This document shows positions 1-18,137 of a stretch of DNA of 64,000 bases, piece after piece (within the stretch, counting starts at the first letter, position 1; each line of letters starts with the position of its first letter). Made by a program: the position numbers and the translations under genes. The stretch spans positions 165,320 to 229,319 of the forward strand of contig NW_015161975.1 in NCBI RefSeq assembly GCF_001447785.1. The letters are read 5' to 3'. The notes beneath the pieces are model-generated. The model searched no databases. It was given only the letters and a program-made list of their open reading frames with translations, and was not told the origin of the DNA. This DNA comes from Gekko japonicus (taxonomy: Eukaryota).

Positions 1-245
1 TGGATTCATACCCCATGGCCCTTCACTACCCAAGGGAGTCTCAGAGCGGCTCACCGTCTCCTTTCCCTTCCCCTACCCACAACAGACACCCCCTGTGAGG
101 GAGGTGGGGCTGAGGGAGCTCTTTCCAGAACTGCTTGTGAGAGAACAGCTCTGAGAGAACTTGTGATTGACCTAAGGTCTCCCAGCTGGCTTCATGTGGA
201 GGAGTGGGGAATCAAACGGGGTTCTCCCAGATTAGAATCCGTGCT
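1..245 (-). mobile_element. tRNA-derived squamate SINE (Squam3-like)
   Basis: Matches the family with head TGGTGTAGTGG...GGTTTGATTCC and a (CTT)n tail. Further copies or clusters near 6335-6611, 20895-21860, 24232-24715, 24995-25515, 35466-35997, 37780-38325, 41915-42165, 43340-43490, 43740-44290, 45225-45800, 46135-46395, 54270-54555, 56720-57005. Confidence 0.8.
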
Positions 246-482
246 CTGGGACAACCGCCAAGCACTCTCTGCGTTGGCCACCCTGGCTGACGGGACCGAC
301 GAGGCAGACTTACAGTGGGGTGGGAGGCGCTGGATCCCGCTGGGGCTAGGAAGGTGCAAGCGGCGGCCACAGCTAGGCGGGGCGTGATCTCTGTCCATGC
401 TCGAGTGTCTGCCCATCCTGAGAAGGAGCCTGCGGGGAAGCCCAGCTAGCTGCAGGCGCCAACAGCCGGGGCGCAGACCCAC

Positions 483-3400
483 CTCTGCGAAGCTCCAGGT
501 GTGGACCGTCTCCCAGCAGCCGGAGTCCAGGCGCCTCCAGAGGGCGACAGAAGCCTTGCAAGCGATCACGATGCGCAACTCCTCGAAGTCAGCCACTTCC
601 CACCACACGGCGCTCACGTCCACGGAGCAGGAACCGGCGGGATTCTGAACAACAGAGGAGGAGGAGGAGGAGGAGGAAGGGAATTATTCCAGCAGAGGCA
701 TCTACTGACCCCCGACGGCACACGTCACTCTGGGGCATCATCATCAGCAAGATACAGCTCTGTGTTTTGGACTCCAAACAAACAAAAAAGAGGAGGTTGG
801 TGGTCCTTTTGGGGGGCGGGGGGGGGGGAGAGCTCCAGCCTGCCTGGAAGCTGCAAGTCTTTACATTCGTCTAGATGGAAGAGCACCTACAGAGTCACGC
901 TACACGTATCCATCATGAATAAAGAAAAACAAGGTAGTTTGGAGAGACTGCTGGGCAGTAAGACAGTTTGGAGGCATCACTGGCTGAGAAGCTCCTGTTG
1001 CTGTGCCTCTTTGGGAGTCCCCGTTGAGGTGCAGTCCTGATGAAGGGATCGAAAACTCATTGGATAATCTGGAGGATGAGTTGATGACCGCTGCTTATTC
1101 CTTATTGTTTGTCTCAAGCCTTAAGGACTGGAGCTACTTGCTGACTGCAGCGTGCTTGACTTTGTTTGTCTCAAGTCTTAAGAAGTGGATGTACTTGCTT
1201 TATTTAGTTATTAATTTCGATTTTATACCCCACCTTGCCTGCACAGGCAGGCTCATTATGGACATTTGACGGTCATGTTTTTCAGACCATCGAAATTGGG
1301 ATTCGTGAAGTCTTAGATCAGTGGTGGCGAACCTATGGGACGGGTGCCAGAGGTGGCACTTAGAGCCCTCTCTGTGGGCACACGTGCCATCGCCCTAGCC
1401 AGGCCCAGACCATCAATTAAGTGTCGAATTCTCTGCCAAATAATGTTAAGTAAATGAAAGCATTTGTGATTGCTTTCCTTACTTTGTTTGGATCATCTTC
1501 AGTTAATGTGTGAGTTGTTTTTCCTAAAGTAAAACCTCAGTATTCAGGTTAAATCGCCGTGTTGGCACTTTGCGAAAAATAAGTGGGTTTCGGGTCGCAG
1601 TTTGGGCACTCGGTCTCTAAAAGGCTCGCCATCACTGTCTTAGATATTACTTTACATCCCCAGCCTGTCATATTCTTTGTATTTCTTGTATTTCATGTAT
1701 TGAATATTATTGTATATTTGAGGAATAGTTGGAGCCTTATTTGATGTTAAGTCATACAAGATGGAAGCGGCAAATTTTGCCCCTCCGATGTTCCACGGAA
1801 GCCTGAACGGTATTGTCTTGCTGGGGGCCTGATCCTCCACAAGATGCACAAGGTGCAGGTAAGTGTCTGCAGGAGGCATTCTCCACGCGGAGGGGAAGTT
1901 GGTCCCTCGACCAGCCTGTTCACAGCTCCACCCCTGTTCTGTCCTGCCCACCTTCAGCTTGGATGTCATCTGCAACGTGCCTTCTCCCTGTCGGCCCCTC
2001 GGCGCTCGTACCGAGCCGTCCGCTGCTGCGTCGTGCTGCGAGAAGACATCAAGATCCAGTGAGGGGAAGTTCGGAATGCCAAAGACACCCTACCTACTCA
2101 GGGGAAAACTTTCAGCTATGGAATGCCAGCAATCAGTCCAGCATCTGTGAGGAAAGTGAAAGGTCGTTCCGGCCAAAATAGGAGATCTCTTGCAGGATCT
2201 TAATGCCTGGAGGGTGGCGTCGGGCAGGAAGGAGTGGGCCAACAAGCACGAAAACAGAGAGATGGGAAGCAGAAAGGACCAAGGGACAGGGGCAGTGCGC
2301 CCTCTAAGCCGTGGAGTCTTGTGAGCAACAATCCTATTCTGTGAGCTACCTGGCACTAAAGTTGTGAGCGAGCGATTTGGCAGCTGCATCAATCCGTTTG
2401 CTCTGGAGCCCCATCCTTCTGTCTGAGCTAAGACAAAAACGTGTGCGCTGGAGGCTAAAAGAACTGTGAGCTAGCTCACGCTAACTCGGCTTAGAGGGAA
2501 CACTGGACCGGGGCTGTGAAAAGGGGGCCCAAGGGAGCGGGACGGGGGAGCACAGAAACCCTGGAAGCGGGACAGAGAGGTGGGGGAGGGCGAAGGTCCA
2601 TCTCCGTTCCTCAGGCCAGATGTTGGATGTAGGGCTCCATGTCTACTCGGCGGCAAGACCCAGCGGCCGCTCTGCCAGCCACCTTCCTGCCTCCCCCCAC
2701 CAAGAGCAAGGGAGCACAGGAGCAGGCCCGACCTCCGGGGGAGGCTCCTCCTCCTCTTACCTGGTCAGCAGAGGCCCTGCCGAGCTCTCTCAGCTCCGCC
2801 GCCAGCTCCCGCCCTGCCTCCAGGCTCACAGCTGCCGCTTCATCATGCTGCCGGCGGGCTCCCCCTTCACCCTCAGGGCATGACGCCCCCGTGTGCCACC
2901 GCTCTCCCTCCGTGCCACACACTGGCTCGCCCGCTGCTCTGGCACTCGGCTCCTGCGGGGAACCGGCTGGCACGTGCCACGGGGCGTTACAGAAGTCCTG
3001 GGTGACGGGGGTGGCCCCCACCATCGGGAAGAGAAGGGTGGGCAGCAGGGATAACGGCGGAGGGCTTCCCCCCTCCAGGGTGGTGTTGGCTGGAGAGAGG
3101 AGCAGGCTGCTCACGTGCAAGGCCGGGGGCTCTGCGGGCTGGCCCTCTGGAGAAAGGAGGAGGTCACCCGGTCTCTCTCTGGCTACCTGAAGGCCGCCGT
3201 CAGCACCCCGGAGGTGCCCGACAGACTCGCCAGCAGCCTCCGGGATCTCCGGCGCTCTGGGGGCAGAAGCTCTGACCTTTTCTGACTGGAGGTGGCCAAA
3301 CTCATCTGCGGGCAACTGGAAGTCAGAGGAGAGCCACTGAAGATTGCCGGGAATCCCAAGGCTGCCGAGCGGGGAAGGGTCCGGCGCTGCCACACGCGAC

Positions 3401-6400
3401 CTGCTCCCCCTTCCACCTGCAAAGACGGAAAAGAAACTCACCCACATCTCCGGACCAAGGCTCCCTCTAAGCCGTGGAGTCTTGCGAGCAAAAATCCTAC
3501 TCTGTGAGCTCCTGGCATGAAAGTTGTGAGCGAGCGATTTGGCCGCTGCATAAATTAGTTGGCTCTGGAGCCCTCCTTCCCGAGCTAAGACAGAAATGTG
3601 CAAGCCAGAGGCTAAAAAACTGTGAGCTGGCTCACACTGACTCAGCTTAGAGGGAACACTGGGAGGGACCTCCACAGAGGATAATGCTGCAGAGCCCACC
3701 CTCCAGAGCAGCCGTTTTCTCCAGGGGAACTGATCTCTGTCATTTGGAGGTCAGGTGCAATTCCAGGAGCTCTCCAGCTCCCACCTGGAAGATGGCAACC
3801 AGTTTTCCCTCTAAGCTGTGGAGTCTTGGGAGCAAAAATCCTGCTTTGTGAGCTGGCATTAAAGTTGTGAGCGGGCGATTTGGCTGCTGCATCAATGAGT
3901 TTGCTCTGGAGCCCTCCTCCCTGTGCGGAGACAAAAATGTGTGAGCCGGAGGCTAAAACACTCTGAGCTGGCTCACACTTACTCAGCTTGGAGGGAGCAC
4001 TGCGTCTGGACCCTCGCTGTGTGGATGCATGAAACCTGGGCACACTTCCGGGCACATTTCCAAATGCCATTCCAGCACTTTGCACGGCCTCACCGCAGAC
4101 TAGCAACGAGCAAGTCCTTGACAGGGCCCCCGAAATGCAAACTTCCGCAGGCAGGGCTGGCCCGAGACATTTCAGGATCTACGGAGGAACATCCACCCGC
4201 CCCGATGAACGCTGGGCCTAAGCCACAGGGAGGCTCTGCCCCACAAGGCCCACTGGAAGGAACAGAGCGGCACCAGAACTCTCCTGTGTTCTCGCACTGG
4301 AGACCTTCACAGGGGCGACACCCCAGGGCTCAGGTCTGCTGCTTCCCGACACACTCCGTCCTGAAGGGTGCTCAGAACCTGTGGAAGACTTGTAGGAGGG
4401 GCCGCTCCGTGGGCAGAAGCAGAGACCCCAAGCAGTGTTCCCTCTAAGCTGAGCGAGTGTGAGCTAGCTCACAGTTATTTTAACCTCCGGCTCAGACATT
4501 TTTGTCTTCACTCAGGAAGGAGGGCTCCAGAGCAGACTCATTCATGCAGGAGCCAAATGGCTGGCTCACAGCTTTAATTCCCGTAGCTCACAAAGTAGGA
4601 TCCTTGCTCACAAGAAGACTCCACAGCTTAGAGGGAGCCTTGACCCCAAGGGACCCAGCCAGCCACGCCCCTGCCTGACCTTTCCCCAAAAAGCCGCCAC
4701 AAGAGGCGACCGCGGCCCCATCACTCTGANNNNNNNNNNNNNNNNNNNNNNNNNCCCCTCTGAACCGCTCTCGGGGACCATGACACCCCCCCTCCCTGCC
4801 AGAAATGCCTCTTCTAAGCTCTGGGAAACGCAGGCGCAAGCCTCGCCCCCAGAAACACCACGGAGTTTCGGAACCACAAACCTGGTGGGGGTGCTCTTCC
4901 CGCCTGGCGTTCCGGACAGGCGCTTGGGGACTCCCTTGGCCGCAAGGACACCATGCCCCTTTGGGCCGGCTCCACCCAGGCATGGCCCCCCTGGTTTCCA
5001 GCTGGCTCTCGAGGCTCAGAGCGACACGTCCCGCTTGCTGTGAGACCGCCGTTTCCTTCGGGACCCGCTGACGCCAACGGCCCCCGTGCCCCACGGCTTG
5101 GAGGCCTGCGCCCAGGCCGCCCTCTCCCCTTCCGCCTCCCCCTTCTGCTCCGCCGTGTGGGACCCCCACTCGGAGGCACCCCTTCACCCTGCTCCTTGGG
5201 CGCCAGAGGGGACCCGCTCCCGCTTTCCTGGCTCGCAGCGGGAGAGCTTGCGGGCAGCCCCCGGGGGGGTGGGGCCGAACTCGCCACTCTCTCCTTCGGG
5301 GAGGCCCTCTGGCTCCTCCTCCTCCTCGGGCCCAGCTGGCTCTGGATGACAGCGTCCAGGTTCGGCTCCCGCTGGCAACGGGACATCCTGCGGGTGGTCC
5401 TCACGTAATACTCCACCGGGAAGAGGAGTCCCTCGATGACCGTGCAGGAGTCCCGCAGGCTGTCGGCCGGGGCGGCAGGAGAGGCCCCCTCCTCCCGGTG
5501 GGGAGACACAGCCCCTGCCTCGCACCCTGCACCCGCCCGTCCTGGCTCGATGGCGGGAGAGTCCCTGCTACAGTGTCCGGAGCTCCGTGGCTCTCCCAGC
5601 GGGCTTCTCTCTTGGGGTGTTCCACTTCCGCTTGCCTGGGGGGCAGTTCCCCCCAGATCTTCCTTATCCTCCTGGCCCCTCTCTTCTTCTGTTGAGACAT
5701 TCTGAGCGTCAGGAAGCAAAATGGCGCCCTCGACCGCTGAGCCTTCGGGGAGGGCCGAGGCCCCCTCCTCCAAGAGGTAGCTGGGAGATGGGCCGAGGAC
5801 TCCGGGAGGGACGTTCTCCCCAAGCAGTCCCTGACCATGTTCTAGCGGCGGTGTCAGAGGGGGCCCTGGGTTGCCTTCTCGTTCTGCTGTGGTCACGGAA
5901 GGTGTCTCTGGGAGGCTTGGCTCAAGCTTCAAACTGCTGCTGTGTCCGGTGAAGACTGGGGACTGAGGGCCCTCCCGGCTGGCCCCTTCGTGCCCCGGCG
6001 GGTCTCCATCGCGTGCAACATCCCTCCTCTCCTCCGAAGCCACACTCGGCCGCCCCCTCCTGCTTCTGGAGAGGCGGCTCAGTTTCCCCCCTGGAACCGG
6101 CTGCGCGGTCCCGACAACAATCCTTTCGTGCTCCTCATCGGTACGTTTGGAGCCCGAGTGCTCAGGCAAGGGGCCTTCTCGGCCAAACACCTCGGGCTCA
6201 AGACTGAAGGTGACCGACGGAGTTTTGGCAGCGCCCGTCTCGGGACAGGAGCCAACTGGGATGCCCGTGGAGGCCTCGGGAGCTGCCCGGCCGGTGGGAT
6301 CTGTGAAAGGAAAGGCAGTTCCTGAGTAGAGGAAGAAGAGAGAAGAGATTGGATTTATACCCCGCCCTTCACTCGGGAGTCTCAGAGCGGCTGACTAATT

Positions 6401-9400
6401 CCTTTCCCTCCCCCTCCCCACAACAGACACCCCCTGGGAGGTAGGTGGGGCTGAGAGAGCTCTTTCCAGGACTGTCCTTGAGAGAACAGCTCTGACAGAG
6501 CTATGACTTGCCCAAGGTCATCCAGCAGCTGCATGTGGAGGAGGAGTGGGGAATCAAACCCGGTTCTCCCAGATTAGAGTCTGTGCACTTAACCACTACA
6601 CCAAACTGGCCCTCCCTCCCAACCCAGAGGGCACAATTAGGCACATTTGCACCAACAAGTTGAAAACAACAGGGTTCTAGAGAAACAGAACAGAAAAGGG
6701 AAAGAAGAGTTTCAGTTCCTAGAGATAGGTCCCGAACAAAGCAAAATAGTTCTTTAGCTGTTGTAGATTTTCCAGGCTGTATGGCCATGGTCTTGGCATT
6801 GTAGTACTTGACGTTTCGCCAGGAACTGTGACTGGCATCCTCAGAGGTATAACACAGGAAGACGGAGTACTCTCTGTGTCAAGGTGAGAAAAAAATGGTA
6901 GGCAGGTAATTTATATCTACTCGGGAAGGTGGGTTAGGGCAGAGTCATTATCTTGTAGGAGTTCCCCAGGCTGTGAACATGCTAATGGTGGAGCTTTCCT
7001 AAGGAGGTTCTTTTGCATATGGATTGTTTCCTGAGAAGGCTTCCTGTTTCCTGAGAAGGTTCTTTTGCATGTGGATTGGCCAAGACCACGGCCAGGCAAC
7101 CTGGAAAATCTACAACAGCTAATGAACTCCGGCCGTGAAAGCCTTTGACAACAAAATAGTTCTGTCGCTGCTGTCCCAAGCAGAGCGAGGAGGGTACAAA
7201 AATCTGCCCAGGACTGCACGGTTTACGTCACAGAGAGAGAACGGGCACATAGCCACCCCTCTCCCCCCCCCCCCGGGANNNNNNNNNNNNNNNNNNNNNN
7301 NNNNNNNNNNNNNNNNNNNNNNNNNNNNNNNNNNNNNNNNNNCCCCCCCCCCCCGGAAGAGAACAAAAACCAGTGGAGCTCCCTGCCTTTCCCCTCCCTT
7401 CTGGGCTGGGCTGGGCAGAAGCTGGTGAGGGTTCCAGAACCGGGCGGGGGGGGGACGGATGGACGGACGACACTAAGGAAAGAGACCCACGGCCTCCCAA
7501 CTGGCACATCTCGCTGGTTACCTGCAGGGCCCTTCTCCTGTAGAAGCAAGCTGTTTTGCTCAGCGACTGTTTTCTGGACATAACTCTTGACCCTCTCGGC
7601 CCGTTCCGCACGCTGCAGAGAACAAGGCAGAGGATTAGCCTTTCGCATAGTTTTGGACGCTTGTTATAGAATCCTAGAATCACAAGAGCTGGAAGGGGTC
7701 CCACAGGCCATCTAGTCCAGCCCCCCTGCTCAGTGCAGGATTAGCCTAGAGCAGGGGTGTCAAACTCATTTGCTAGGAGGGCCGGATCTGACATAAAGGA
7801 GACCTTGTTGGGCCGGGCCATGCGTGTCATAAAATGTAATGCCAGGTAGCGGAGACATAAGGACACAAACACAAAGGGGTTTTTTAACTTAAAAACATGC
7901 TTAAAACATCAGCACTCTTGCAATATTTTGTTTATTTAACAGTGTCTGATAACTGACACCTCTTGCTCTGAATTATTGCATTAAAATGTCTGTGCTGTTG
8001 CAATCTTGAGTATGCTGTTCAGGTGTGTATCTGTAAGCGGCAAACCTACGATGACGCAGCAGCAGCAGAGCTGGAAGAAGCAGAAGACAGCCAGTTCCAC
8101 TGCGGGCCTGATGGAAGCCCTCCAAGGGCCTGATCCGGCCCCTGGGCTGCATGTCTGACACTCCTGGCCTAGAGCATCCCTGACAAGTATATAAAACTTC
8201 CATAAACTCATTCCCCTCTCGCAGCTGTAGAGGCCTGGCCGACGGGCCCTGGAAAGGGAGGGGCCCATACTGACTCACCTGCAGCCTGCTGTACGTCTTC
8301 CTGTACTCTCTCCGCAGTAAGGCCAACTTCTCCTTCAGCTGCAAGACACAGACATTGCAGGGCTGTTGTTAGTGATCACGCCAGAGATTCATCACAAGTT
8401 CTTTTAAAACAACAACTTACACAGGAACTCTGATCTCCACATTGCAACCCATCTAGCCTTGCTCGAGGCACTGGGACCACATGCAGGCACACACCCCATT
8501 ACAAGGGTCAGAAATCCTGTGGAGCCAAGAAAGGCCTTGACTCTTTTGCTCTTAAGGCTTATCTAGTGGACAAGGAGTCACATCCAGGTCTTGTCATCCT
8601 GCAGACTCCTTTAATTGGGACACCGGGGAGCAAGAAGAGGCCAGCTGGGCTGCTGATATGCTCGTGATTCAAGCAGGATGAGACCCAGCTAGAGGTGTAA
8701 AATTTCCAGAAATTTTGAAGCTCGGAAAAAACCCCGTTTTTTTCTGGGGGGAAACGGAATTTTTTGGAAAAATTGAAAAAAATGCTACATTAGCACTTCT
8801 TTTTTCTTTTCCAGGTTGAAAGTCATTCTGTTACTTTAGGACCATAAAATATGACTACGGACATTTTTACTTGGCATGAAATTATAATAACTAGCCTATT
8901 AAAAATACAGTGTATCCAAACAATGATTACCAACAGACTACCTACCCACATGCAAAAACAAAACTGAAACCTTTTTCTTTTCTTGTGACAATCGCACCTC
9001 CTAAAGAAAGGAATGCATCTTGTTCTTGCATTGGAGGGTTCAGTTTGTAACCTAGGACTTGCTTGTCCTCAGTGCACAGAAATTAGATCAATCTGATACC
9101 ATACGTATTTTTTAGAAATGGTTTGGAAAATATTTGAACACCTGGTCCTAAAATATTTTATTCATCATGTTAAAATAAAATGTTCCATAATCAACGCTTT
9201 TCCTTTCCTTTTTTCAATTTTTCCAATTTTCCGGGGGGGGGGGGGGAAAAAAAAAGGTTTCAGGGAAAAAAAGGCTTCAGGGGAAAAACGGGAGAAAATT
9301 TTTCCAGTTTTTTTCCGGGCCTTCACATCTCTAGACCCGGCCCCAATGCCAGATAAGTCATTGCCACTTCAGATGGCCGGGAACCCTCAGAATGGCCAGG

Positions 9401-10574
9401 CAGCAGCTGCAACAGACCAGGTGAAGCTGCAGGCTCAGCCTCGAGTGCAGGGCAGAGAAGTCCCACCACAGGAGCCTGAAGTGGCTGATGTCCACAAACA
9501 CCTGGAGGTGGAAAAATGGAGGGCACCATTTCATACTCTGCAGCTGGTGGGGGGGGGTGGCGGCGGCAGCCTCAGTCTCCTCCTCCCTGGGTTTCAAAAT
9601 GTAACAGGAAGAGGGAGGTGGGCAGAGAGGTCTTTGCCCCTCCAAACTGCGCAAAAGGGCTAATCCTCTGCCTTGTTCTCTGCAGCGTGCGGAAAGAGCT
9701 CAGAGGACCAAGAGTTACGCCAAGAAGTGAAATGGGAGTTCCTTTGCATTTCAAAGAGAGAAACAGAGAGGGAGAGAGAGGTAACCTCCCTGAAGCTAGA
9801 AAAGTCACACAGGCAGGAGAAAAGGTTCTTCTGAGCTGGCTTCCTAGCTGGAGAGAGTTTTTAACAATATAGGTGCCCTGTGAACTGGAGGCTCTCAAGG
9901 GGGAAGTCTTCCCCGCCTCTAAACACCCCGAGGGCTGCTGTTGTGGGAGCCAAACAGAGGAGGGAGAGAGCCGCCTATGATGCCACCCTGACCTCTTTGG
10001 AGAAAAGGTGGTGGTGGGGGAACCACTAGGTGGAAAAAGAGCTTTGTGCCCCCCCCCCAAGGATCAGTCCACAGGTGCAAGGGAACCAGGGAGCAGGATC
10101 AGCGGCAGGCGGAGGCTCCCACTCTGGAACTCCCTGCAACTAGAAAGCCAGCATCAGCGAAACCTCCCTTCCTCCCTGCAGTGCTGCCTTTCTAGATGCA
10201 GGGAATGCTTCTCAAGAGCGACGAACATTCAGGGCAGGGAGCCTCCCACTCGAAGGGGGCAAAGGCCCCTCTCTGCCCACCCATGCTCCCTCTAAGCTGT
10301 GGAGTCCTGTGAGCAAACATTCTACTTTGTGAGCGACCGGCATTAAAGTCATGAGCGAGCAATTTGGCTACGGAATAAATTAGCTTGCTCTGGAGCCCCA
10401 TCTCCTCCTCCCCTTGAGCCTCACGACAACCCCGCAGGGTAGGCTCAGCCGAGAGAGCGAGCGAGAGAGGCGCCCTTGACCCGCGTCCCTCCCGACCCCG
10501 CCTGCACGTGTGAGCGGCCCCACCCACCCACCTACCTACCTACCCACCCCCCTCCTCCTTGCCGGGGCCGCCAT
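483..10574 (-). CDS. PALB2: Partner and localizer of BRCA2, exons 1-7 (3' part lies outside the window)
   Basis: Exons in transcript order: 10574-10548 (tentative, MAAPARRRG), 8338-8279 ([20 protein letters not shown] coiled coil, 60 nt), 7612-7522 ([19 protein letters not shown]), 6321-4882 (ChAM motif [22 protein letters not shown]), 3416-2761 (MRG15-binding [17 protein letters not shown]), 2035-1952 (LQMTSKLK), 644-483 (WD40 start [15 protein letters not shown]...TWSFAE, 162 nt). All introns are GT-AG with consistent phases 0,0,1,1,0,0. Head-to-head with DCTN5 as in mammals. Confidence 0.95.
1319..1637. mobile_element. Non-autonomous hAT (Charlie/Buster-like) element
   Basis: TIRs CAGTGGTGGCGAACCT...AGGCTCGCCATCACTG; exact 8-bp TSD TCTTAGAT at 1311-1318 and 1638-1645. 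Confidence 0.85.
6755..7155 (-). mobile_element. Penelope-like element fragment with inverted terminal segment
   Basis: Ends are inverted repeats (AGCTGTTGTAGATTTTCCAGG...CCTGGAAAATCTACAACAGCT); strongly similar to 34170-34445; carries a hammerhead motif. Confidence 0.8.
6807..6848 (-). ncRNA. Minimal hammerhead ribozyme motif (Penelope-associated)
   Basis: Minus strand reads ACCU CUGAGGA U GCCAG-loop-CUGGC GAAAC GUC AAG. Confidence 0.55.
7752..8166. mobile_element. Non-autonomous hAT element (CAGGGGTGTC TIR family)
   Basis: TIRs CAGGGGTGTCA...TGACACTCCTG; TSD GCCTAGAG at 7744-7751 and 8167-8174. Relatives at 15361-16001, ~31814-32227 and 48511-49260. Confidence 0.85.
8690..9333. mobile_element. 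Non-autonomous hAT-like DNA transposon
   Basis: Ends TAGAGGTGTAA...TTCACATCTCTA; flanks GACCCAGC/GACCCGGC (7 of 8 match); AT-rich interior with subterminal GGAAAA repeats. Confidence 0.7.
9641..9786 (+). pseudogene. Inverted, decayed copy of PALB2 exon 3 with its splice sites
   Basis: 9658-9694 is the exact reverse complement of 7604-7640. It continues as [14 protein letters not shown] and ends in GTAACC at 9781, like the true donor. Confidence 0.85.
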
Positions 10575-10843
10575 GCCCCCGCTCGAACGCCCCGCGCGGC
10601 GCCGGCCACGCCCCCCCGCCGCCTGCGCGCCAATCAGGAAGCGGCGAGAAGCGTGGCGGACGGCCTTCTGCGCACGCGCGGACGAGCCCGGCGGGGGGAG
10701 CTTGACGCAGCCACTTCCGGTCGCCGGCCGGAGCGTGCGGAAGCGAGGCGCCATAGAGTCGGGCTAGAGGGGCCCACCCCGGGGCGTGACCACCGGAAGC
10801 GGGAGCGCGGGTCCTCCTGCGGGGCTGCAGCGGGCGGGGCAAG
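10575..10843. promoter_or_regulatory. Bidirectional CpG-island promoter shared by PALB2 and DCTN5
   Basis: About 270 bp between divergent ATGs; CpG-rich. CCAAT at 10630, NRF1-like TGCGCACGCGC 10669-10679, CRE half-site TGACG at 10703, ETS/GABP motifs ACTTCCGG 10713-10720 and CCGGAAGC 10793-10800, GC boxes. Confidence 0.8.
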
Positions 10844-17862
<7,019 letters not shown>

Positions 17863-18103
17863 GCCTCTCCCTGCGGGTGGGTCTGCAGACGGCTGCTTGG
17901 ACTCCTCCCCGGGGGGGGGGGCGGTCTGGAGAGAGCCGTTCCCTGTTTCGTTCTCCTTTTGTGCCATCCCCCCCCCCCCCGTGCTGCATGCCAGGAGGGC
18001 TGGAAGTTTGTGCTGTTTTCTAGCCTTGTCAAGCGCAGTCCTGTCGCAGAGACCCAGGAGAGGAGCTCACAGAGCATTTGCCGGGGCCCAGCATTGCGGT
18101 TGA

Positions 18104-18105
<2 letters not shown>

Positions 18106-18136
<31 letters not shown>
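18106..18136 (+). repeat. (TG)n microsatellite in the DCTN5 3' UTR
   Basis: About 15 uninterrupted TG units. Confidence 0.9.

Positions 18137-18137
<1 letters not shown>

Noticed and set aside
192-482. Continuation of the PALB2 exon 7 ORF as coding sequence
   Set aside because: Similarity ends at the GAG|GTGGGT donor at 483; the rest is intron and SINE. Exon 8 was not found in the window.
1036-1060. CTGATGA...GAAA hammerhead-like core
   Set aside because: The intervening AGGGATC cannot form stem II.
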